Source of the DNA: Planctomycetota bacterium | GTDB taxonomy: Bacteria; Planctomycetota; PLA2; JAEUHO01 | Assembly: GCA_029213105.1 (NCBI GenBank) | Contig: JARGNS010000001.1 | Location: 5,129-69,128 of the forward strand | Direction: 5' to 3' | Length of the DNA: 64,000 bases | In this document: piece after piece, positions 58,094 through 64,000 of the stretch | Position numbering within the stretch: the stretch's first letter is position 1 | How the letters are laid out: each line of letters opens with the position of its first letter | Notes under the pieces: model-generated | Seen by the model: the letters and a program-made list of their open reading frames with translations, nothing else | Databases searched by the model: none | Told to the model about the DNA's origin: nothing | Made by a program: the position numbers and the translations under genes

Positions 58094-58950
58094 TGCTCCA
58101 GCGCACCGTCAAGGTCGGTGCTTGTTTCGAACAGCGCCGCGACTGGACCCTTCCAGCCGCAGCTCTGCTTGTGGGTACACATGGCGTCCACGATCCAGTC
58201 TGGATCGAGCCACCACCAGACCGAGGCGCGTCGGCACCTCGGACACTCAACGAGTCTCACCTTCTCTTCGTCGACGACACCTCCGAGTTCGTGCCCCAAG
58301 AACTCCCGGCTGGCGGGGTCGAGGTGCAGGCCGCGGAGGTGGCTCATGTCCGGCAGGTCCGCCAGATTGATCGGCTCCCGCTTCGGTCGAGGCGGGAGGG
58401 GAGGCGCCAGAGGCATCACCTCGTCAGGGTCGAGTAGCGGTCCGCCGACCGCGCCGGCGTCGAACTTGGCTCGGTGCGCGGCATCCTCGAGGTCAACTGC
58501 AGGCCGCAGCCACGCTCGAGAGATGTCCTTACATGCCTTGTCGATGGCGCGGTCGCAGTGCCACTCAGCCCAGCGCCACAGCGTGGCGTACTCCTCAGGG
58601 GTCACGTCGCGGGACAGCGGCATGACGACCCGGAACTTGTGGTGGTCGGGTCGATGCGACCACGAGGTGTGCAGGACTCGGTACCAAGGGTCCCAAGTCT
58701 GCGTCGCCTCGTCGAGCGGAGTGCCGTCGTCGTAGTCGAGCACGAGGCACGAGGCACTGACGACGTTCCGCTTCGCCCTTCGAGTCGGGTTCAGGCGCAC
58801 GGGCGACCACATGGGCATCGTCCGCTTGTCCCAGACCCGGTAGGCCTCGACGGGGGTGGTCAGCATCTCTACGAGTTCCGCTCCGGTCATCTGCCGCATG
58901 TCGGCTTGTGGGTGGAAGAGGTCGTCGTAGAGGCTGACCCAGAAGCTCAT
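58090..58950 (-). CDS. AEP-superfamily primase-polymerase (Prim-Pol)-like protein with C-terminal Zn-binding region
   Basis: 286 aa. Motif I LVLDYDDG. Motif II LHTSWSH. C-terminal CPRCRR...C..HKQSC. Confidence 0.45.
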   Translation of the reverse strand: MSFWVSLYDDLFHPQADMRQMTGAELVEMLTTPVEAYRVWDKRTMPMWSPVRLNPTRRAKRNVVSASCLVLDYDDGTPLDEATQTWDPWYRVLHTSWSHRPDHHKFRVVMPLSRDVTPEEYATLWRWAEWHCDRAIDKACKDISRAWLRPAVDLEDAAHRAKFDAGAVGGPLLDPDEVMPLAPPLPPRPKREPINLADLPDMSHLRGLHLDPASREFLGHELGGVVDEEKVRLVECPRCRRASVWWWLDPDWIVDAMCTHKQSCGWKGPVAALFETSTDLDGALEQ

Positions 58951-59207
58951 GCCTCTGCCGCCTCCGCGAGGCGGAACACCGCGACCTCCGACGAACGGGT
59001 CTCGGCGTACGCGCTGAAGTCGTCGATGACCTTGTGGGCCACCTCGAGGTCGACATCCGCGTTCAAGCAGACCTCGACCAGCGCGACGGTCAGCTCCTCT
59101 GCGACCTCGGTGAGCTTGCGTCCTCGCTCACCCTCCTTGTCACAGATCGACTTGACCTGGTTGTAGACCGGACCGTGCCGCACGATCCGCTGGTACTTGT
59201 TGCTCAT
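58947..59207 (-). CDS. Hypothetical protein (86 aa)
   Basis: Clean ORF. Confidence 0.4.
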   Translation of the reverse strand: MSNKYQRIVRHGPVYNQVKSICDKEGERGRKLTEVAEELTVALVEVCLNADVDLEVAHKVIDDFSAYAETRSSEVAVFRLAEAAEA

Positions 59208-59432
59208 TCAGGCTCCGTGCTTGGTCGCGTAGGCGACCAGAAGGAAGATGGCCGCGACCGCGATGCTCCAGATGACAGAGACCTTGGTCTCGGGTCGCTC
59301 GGTCTGGAGCGGGAAGGTCGCGCCATTGGGGTTGACGAACACGCTCTGCGTGCCGAACTTGTCGCTGTGCTCAACGAGGCGAGACCCGTCAGGGTACCGC
59401 TTCACGACACGCGTGTAGACTGGATTGCTCAC
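59208..59432 (-). CDS. Small protein with C-terminal TM helix (74 aa, GTG start)
   Basis: GTG preceded by GGAGG. Confined to the part of ORF 59208..59759 that does not overlap the plus-strand HTH gene. Confidence 0.3.
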   Translation of the reverse strand: MSNPVYTRVVKRYPDGSRLVEHSDKFGTQSVFVNPNGATFPLQTERPETKVSVIWSIAVAAIFLLVAYATKHGA

Positions 59433-59498
59433 ACTTCTTGCCTCCGGGTTGATGGTAGGGTGGCAGCACACACCTGTCAAACATGCTAAGATTTCGGC

Positions 59499-59987
59499 AT
59501 GAGTGACTCGACGAAAGACCTGATCCTCGCGCGGATCAACCAAGACGATCACCTCGTCGCTGACCCCGAGACGCGACTCGTGCTGCAGGGGATGCTCCGC
59601 CGCGGGATGCGGCTGCCTCAGGCGGCGGAGGCGCTCGACATCCCGACCAACGTGGCCTGGCGCATCCTCGCGGTTGACGAGGACTTGCAGGCCGCGATGG
59701 TCGAGGGTGACCGAGTCAACCTGATCCGGCGCCGGAGCGAACTCGAGAACCGAGCGCACCGCATGCTCAGCGTCATCGAGGAGATCGCGAACGACCCCGA
59801 CCAGACTGGTGGCGACCGCATCAAGGCGGCTGAGTCGCTGCTCGACAGGTCGGGGCTCTACCCGAAGGACACGGGCAAGGGCGGTAGCTCGACCAACGTG
59901 AACGTGCAGGTCGCGAATGTCGGTCGAGAGTGGGAGGACCGCCTCGACAAGGTCGTGACGATCCGGGCGGACACGAAGAATCCCTGA
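59499..59987 (+). CDS. Helix-turn-helix DNA-binding protein (putative transcriptional regulator; a TerS-like fold cannot be excluded)
   Basis: 162 aa. HTH segment LPQAAEALDIPTNVAWRIL. GC3-rich codon usage. It is the only plus-strand gene inside the minus-strand replication block. Confidence 0.5.
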   Translation: MSDSTKDLILARINQDDHLVADPETRLVLQGMLRRGMRLPQAAEALDIPTNVAWRILAVDEDLQAAMVEGDRVNLIRRRSELENRAHRMLSVIEEIANDPDQTGGDRIKAAESLLDRSGLYPKDTGKGGSSTNVNVQVANVGREWEDRLDKVVTIRADTKNP

Positions 59988-60017
59988 AGGCGGTCGTCGG
60001 CGATGAGGATGCGGGGG

Positions 60018-60704
60018 TCACTGCCCATCGGCCACCTCCCCGCGGGCGGCGTCGGCTGCCTCCATGGCTTGGAGCGCAGACGGCGCGGGACCCTGCTTGA
60101 TTGCTGGCCCCTCGTCGCTGTAGACGACCCACAGCCACGGCTCGGTGAGGTCTTCGCGCATCACCTCCCGGTCGCATTGTCCGGGGTCCTCACCGTAGGC
60201 GAACCACCCGCTTGCCCCGACGCGCCACCCATCCGGGGCCTGCGACTCGTCCCCGCGCTCGACTGCGAGGATCCGCGCGAGCCGGCCCCGCTCCCGCCGC
60301 GCCTCGTCCCGCTCGGCCTCAGCCTTCTCGGCACGGGCGCGCAGGGCGTCGACCTCCTCGGTGCGGGCGATGACGGTGCGGGCGAGGTCGGGGGCGGCGG
60401 CTGCCAGCAACGATGCCGCCTGCCCGCCCACTGGGAACGACGCGCCATGGCTGTTGAACACAGCCCACAAATCAATCTCGCCACCCTGCCTGCTTGGCCG
60501 CAGGTCGTTCTCCGCCCACCGCCTGACGGCGCTCGCCATGCATTCTCTGTCGCGGTATTCCGCTGGCGTCGCGCACCATCGTTCATTTGGGGACAGGGCT
60601 GCGAGCAGCCCCCGCGCCTCCTCGGCGCTCACGTTCTCGTCGCTCATGTCGTCTCCACTGACCGGACGCTCCCGGTCGATGTAGTGTTCGATTGCTCGAC
60701 TCAC
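60018..60704 (-). CDS. Hypothetical protein (228 aa)
   Basis: Clean ORF with charged helical stretches. Confidence 0.4.
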   Translation of the reverse strand: MSRAIEHYIDRERPVSGDDMSDENVSAEEARGLLAALSPNERWCATPAEYRDRECMASAVRRWAENDLRPSRQGGEIDLWAVFNSHGASFPVGGQAASLLAAAAPDLARTVIARTEEVDALRARAEKAEAERDEARRERGRLARILAVERGDESQAPDGWRVGASGWFAYGEDPGQCDREVMREDLTEPWLWVVYSDEGPAIKQGPAPSALQAMEAADAARGEVADGQ

Positions 60705-61072
60705 GCGCCGACCGCCCGGTGCGAAGCGACGATCTCTTGCAGGATCCGGGCGAGCCCTTCTCGGTCGTGGCGGGCCACGACGACGGCCCCGGTGTTGAGG
60801 TAGGGTCGAGCGTTGCTGGTCACGACCACGCAGGGCACCGCACTATTCGCGCAGGCCTTGATGACCCGGTGTGTGTCCGGCCCGAGCCGCGTGACGACTG
60901 CGAAGTTGCCGCCGTTGCGGATCGCCTCGGACACGAAGGAGGAGACCAGCTCCGGCACCATGGGTCCCGAGGGCATGGCGAACGGGACGATCTCGTCGCA
61001 CCCACAACCCTCCAGCGCTGCGATCAGGATGCGCGCGTCGTTCGTGGTGCTCGCGCCTACGATGGCTCTCAT
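60701..61072 (-). CDS. Small Rossmann-like protein (123 aa; LOG/DprA/SLOG-like fold possible)
   Basis: MRAIVGASTTNDARILIAALEGCGCDEIVPFAM..VVVTSNARPY shows alternating hydrophobic beta / Gly patterns typical of nucleotide-binding folds. Confidence 0.35.
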   Translation of the reverse strand: MRAIVGASTTNDARILIAALEGCGCDEIVPFAMPSGPMVPELVSSFVSEAIRNGGNFAVVTRLGPDTHRVIKACANSAVPCVVVTSNARPYLNTGAVVVARHDREGLARILQEIVASHRAVGA

Positions 61073-61521
61073 CGGCTCTCCAGTTCCTGGATCAGGAAGT
61101 TGATGTACTTGACCATGCTGCCGTAGTCAGTGTGGCTACGCATTCGCTCTACTGCGTCGTCCGTCCGCACGCACGCCCCGATATCGAGGACGTGACCGTA
61201 CTCGCCGACGAGTCGCTCGGCGAACCGGCGCGCGGCCCGCTTCGACTTGAAACCTCGCCCCCTCGGTCCCTTGGAGATCGAGACCCCCGATGCCCAGTGG
61301 GTCACGACCCACGCCTTGGTCTTCCAGTCGGTGGTGAGGAAGCGGAACTTCACCATCCACGACCCCGGCGACGGTCGGGGCTTCTCCACGTCGTAGTGCT
61401 TCGAGTGGACACAGAGCGGTCCGTACGCCCTCACAGGCGCTGTCAGCACGTGGTGGGTCCTACCACCGTCCTCGACGAGCAGCGTGCCGTCACGGGTCCG
61501 CCACCGCGGCTTACGGGTCAC
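61069..61521 (-). CDS. Hypothetical protein (150 aa)
   Basis: Clean ORF. Confidence 0.4.
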   Translation of the reverse strand: MTRKPRWRTRDGTLLVEDGGRTHHVLTAPVRAYGPLCVHSKHYDVEKPRPSPGSWMVKFRFLTTDWKTKAWVVTHWASGVSISKGPRGRGFKSKRAARRFAERLVGEYGHVLDIGACVRTDDAVERMRSHTDYGSMVKYINFLIQELESR

Positions 61522-61940
61522 GACGGGTAGCAGCGGTCGAAGGCTGCGACGAACTCGCTGACCAACGACCGTAGCTTTCCCAGCGCCGCTTCGTAGTCTC
61601 CTCGAGCAAGCTCGTAGGGGATCTGCACGATGGTCGAGACGTCGTAGTACGGCCCGGCGAGGCGGACGCGGGCGGACCGGCTGCTGTCGATCCAGGCGAT
61701 GACGCGCCCGTGAGAGTTGAGCAGGGTGTGACCGTCGTTGTGCCAGCCGGGCTGAGCGAGCACGGCGAAGCGTTCTTCGTCGTCATCGTAGAGCGCCTCG
61801 AGGCTGGAGCGCCAGAAGTGCAGGCTCCCGTCGCTCTCCTCCTCCACGATCGCCCGAAGCTCGTACAGGCTGGCGACCTTGCCTTCGTGCGGCCCTGCCC
61901 TAACCACCTCGTAGTAGGTGTCGTGTTCGCTGATCATGCT
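61518..61940 (-). CDS. Hypothetical protein (140 aa)
   Basis: Real part (MISEHDTYYEVVRAG...) at the 3' end of ORF 61518..62366. The rest of that ORF is Arg-rich junk. Confidence 0.4.
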   Translation of the reverse strand, partial: SMISEHDTYYEVVRAGPHEGKVASLYELRAIVEEESDGSLHFWRSSLEALYDDDEERFAVLAQPGWHNDGHTLLNSHGRVIAWIDSSRSARVRLAGPYYDVSTIVQIPYELARGDYEAALGKLRSLVSEFVAAFDRCYPS

Positions 61941-62359
61941 CGCTCCGCGAAGATGCGCGGGGACTTGCCCCACTCGGTGTTGGCGACCGACAGGAGCACT
62001 CGAGGCCGCGAGTCGGCCACGGGGGTCTGGACAGTTCCGCAGTCGTACTTCGAGTGCTCGACGAACGTGTTGTCCACATACGGGTTGTAGGTCACGGGAC
62101 GTGCGTCGGTGATGCCCTCGTCCGCGAGGTCGACGTACCCTCGGACGTACGCGTGTACGTTCTTCCGCCGCTCGCGCCGCACACGGTCTCGACCCCGGGC
62201 GTTGACGACGAAGTCGACGTCCCGCAACATCAACATGGTCGGGACGTGCCCGACGACGAGCCCGCCCTGCCGCACCGAGAAGCACTGCTTGTGCAGGTTC
62301 CAGTAGACGCTGACCTTCTTGGCGCCGTCGACGCGACGGCCCTTGTATCGCTCGATCAT
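61934..62359 (-). CDS. Hypothetical protein (141 aa)
   Basis: Clean ORF MIERYKGRRVDGAKKVSVYWNLHK... Confidence 0.4.
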   Translation of the reverse strand: MIERYKGRRVDGAKKVSVYWNLHKQCFSVRQGGLVVGHVPTMLMLRDVDFVVNARGRDRVRRERRKNVHAYVRGYVDLADEGITDARPVTYNPYVDNTFVEHSKYDCGTVQTPVADSRPRVLLSVANTEWGKSPRIFAERA

Positions 62360-62420
62360 TCGTCACTCCCTATACGCTGGTAGCGAACCTTGACCCCGAA
62401 GAGCTTGTTGTCGTTGGTCA

Positions 62421-63305
62421 TCAGGACACCTCCACGCTGCGGATTGACGAGAAGCGGAGCACGACGCGGCTGCACAGGCTGTCGCCTTGGTCAGTGAGCA
62501 TCTCACCGATGAGCACGGGCTCGAGGTTGTCGAGCTGCTCGAATGCCGCTACGCGGACGACGTGGCGCACGATGTGACCGTCCTCGACCCACTCGATGTC
62601 GGCGTTGAGGTCGAGCAGGCCCTTGTAGACCATACGGATGGTGTCGCCGCTGGCGCCGCCACCGGCGGCCACGGTGACCGGCAGGCGCCCCCAGTCGTAG
62701 TCCAGGCCGGGCTTGCGCTCCCGGTGCTTCGGCAGCGGCGTCGGCTGGGGTGCGGGCTCGTCGGCCGCGTCCCCGAGCAGAATGAAGTCGCCAGCGACCC
62801 CGCCCTCGTCGTAGAAGATGTGCTGGATGACGTCGGCGTCGCTGGCGAAGCTCCTGCCCTGGTCCGGGTACTCGAAGTCCAGCCACGCGTCGAAGCGTGC
62901 GGTCACGTTGCCGTCCTCATGGGTCTCCGCCACCACCTCCCGGGCCACGTCGAGCACCGAGGCGCCCTCGCACGCCGTGCCGTCGACGACGCACCCGTTG
63001 AACTCCTCCTTGACCTGCTCCGCCCACGCCGCGACGGGGTTGCCTCCCCGGGCGGTGACGTAGTCCGCGTCCTCGAACCAGTACCGGACGACGGTGATGC
63101 GCCGACGTAGCCGGGTCTTCTCCTCAACGGCGGGCGAGGCCTCCTCCTTGCGCCGCAGGTCGAGGGCGACCTCCTCCATGCCGGCGATGACCCCCTTCAC
63201 GTCGGGCCGGATTCCCGCTCGCATGCGGGTCAGCTGGTTGACCCACTCCTCGATCTGCTCCGCGAGGAGGCCGTTGGCGGCGGGCGGGCGGTTGTCGTTG
63301 TTCAT
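62421..63305 (-). CDS. Hypothetical protein (about 294 aa)
   Basis: Start chosen at MNNDN so that the ATG overlaps the upstream stop (ATGA). Confidence 0.4.
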   Translation of the reverse strand: MNNDNRPPAANGLLAEQIEEWVNQLTRMRAGIRPDVKGVIAGMEEVALDLRRKEEASPAVEEKTRLRRRITVVRYWFEDADYVTARGGNPVAAWAEQVKEEFNGCVVDGTACEGASVLDVAREVVAETHEDGNVTARFDAWLDFEYPDQGRSFASDADVIQHIFYDEGGVAGDFILLGDAADEPAPQPTPLPKHRERKPGLDYDWGRLPVTVAAGGGASGDTIRMVYKGLLDLNADIEWVEDGHIVRHVVRVAAFEQLDNLEPVLIGEMLTDQGDSLCSRVVLRFSSIRSVEVS

Positions 63306-63721
63306 GAGATCTCCAGTTCGTAGAAGGCTGAGGTCACCCACACGGCCACGGGCAACGTCTGGACGAAGACGACGAGCTTCGTGGTCGTGTACTCAACCAG
63401 CGTGGCGTCGACCGAGAACCTCTCAGGGTCGGAGACACCGGCGCGCCCCGGGGCGGGCCGGCGGCTCGAAGCCTGTGCGTAGAAGGACATCAGCCGGGGT
63501 GGGATGTCCCGCGCCTCACCATCGAAGGTCACGCGGACCGTGCGTTCCACGACCGAATCCAGGTCGATGGACACCCGGGAGTCCGGGTGGGTCATCTCGA
63601 AGGTCGCCGCCTCCGACACCTGATCGGCGAGCAGGTCGACCCAGTCGTCGCCGGTGATGGGCGGGAACCCCGCGCTCGCGAGTGCGGCGTCCAGCTCCTT
63701 GTATTCAGCATCTGTCAGCAT
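63302..63721 (-). CDS. Hypothetical protein (139 aa)
   Basis: Clean ORF. Confidence 0.4.
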   Translation of the reverse strand: MLTDAEYKELDAALASAGFPPITGDDWVDLLADQVSEAATFEMTHPDSRVSIDLDSVVERTVRVTFDGEARDIPPRLMSFYAQASSRRPAPGRAGVSDPERFSVDATLVEYTTTKLVVFVQTLPVAVWVTSAFYELEIS

Positions 63722-63723
63722 CG

Positions 63724-63870
63724 TTCAACCCCACTGTGCGGTCATCGCGCGAGCGATGCCGGTGTGGTGGGGGCCTGGCGACTCGGTCGGCAGCAGGTCA
63801 CACGACAACGCGTCGTGACCCATCTCGGTGAAGGCGTCTCGGACCTTGCCCGAGTATTCGCATGCAACCA
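63724..63870 (-). CDS. Small ORF (about 49 aa, MRVLVACEYSGKVRDAFTEMGHDALSCDLLP...)
   Basis: Found by hand. RBS GGAGAGACC before the ATG. Coordinates may be off by 1 nt. Confidence 0.25.
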
Positions 63871-63911
63871 AAACTCTCATGGTCTCTCCTTGGCGGTGTA
63901 CGGTCTCGGTC

Positions 63912-64000
63912 CTACAGGTCAGCGAGATCCCACTTCGGGATGTCGCGCTCTTGTCTCCACCGCTTCACTGCGGCGGTGCCTACCTCCAGGCGGAAGGCGA
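63912..64000 (-). CDS. C-terminal end of an HTH (excisionase/MerR-like) DNA-binding protein; gene start lies beyond the window
   Basis: Frame ..AFRLEVGTAAVKRWRQERDIPKWDLADL* resembles HTH_17-type recognition helices. Confidence 0.35.
   Translation of the reverse strand, partial: AFRLEVGTAAVKRWRQERDIPKWDLADL

Noticed and set aside
50649-58735. Plus-strand ORFs in the replication block (50649..51779, 50736 region alternatives, 55484..56110, 56135..57406, 57488..58735, 60003..60803)
   Set aside because: Antisense to the ligase, SNF2 helicase and neighbours. No RBS, and junk-like composition.
59433-59759. N-terminal 109 aa of the 183-aa minus ORF 59208..59759
   Set aside because: Overlaps the well-formed, GC3-rich plus-strand HTH gene. 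Only the non-overlapping 74-aa C-terminal part with its own GGAGG-GTG start was retained.
1-64000. Integrase/excisionase/attachment sites indicating a prophage boundary; a phage RNA polymerase gene
   Set aside because: No tyrosine or serine recombinase motifs, no host-like flanking genes and no single-subunit RNAP motifs in any frame. The window appears entirely internal to the phage genome, so lifestyle cannot be decided from this window.

Overview
High-GC (about 65-67%) sequence that reads as part of a large, apparently lytic tailed-phage genome; no integrase or host genes are visible, so I cannot say whether it is a free phage or a prophage interior. It has three transcription blocks, detailed in the first finding. 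(1) Minus strand 1-11866: lysis cassette (PGRP/Amidase_2 endolysin plus three small membrane proteins), putative fibre/structural proteins, coiled-coil scaffold-like protein, T7 gp8-like portal, large terminase and a small upstream candidate TerS. (2) Plus strand 11975-37354: a late/virion module with a lambda-gpD/gpE-like decoration protein and capsid, a run of large virion proteins, Q/A-rich and 863-aa internal-core-like proteins, and an 11.7 kb gene for a 3886-aa multidomain protein (T4-lysozyme-like GH24 domain, HEXXH zincin-like motif, possible ART-like region) that resembles T7 gp16 or 'polyvalent' ejection proteins. (3) Minus strand 37451-64000: a replication and nucleotide-metabolism module with family-A DNA polymerase carrying N-terminal UDG-like and 3'-5' exo domains, D5/SF3-like helicase, AEP-type primase-polymerase, SbcC-like ATPase, HNH endonuclease, MazG, ThyX, Rnl2-like RNA ligase, Cas4/RecB-like nuclease, Dam-like N6-adenine MTase, an SNF2 helicase interrupted by an HNH-containing intein in its P-loop, and many small ORFs of unknown function. 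A type-II tRNA-Leu(CAA) lies at the convergent junction. Recurrent extended -10-like motifs precede late genes. Antisense ORFs are numerous, as expected at this GC content, and were rejected. All assignments rest on motif recognition by eye; no database searches were run.
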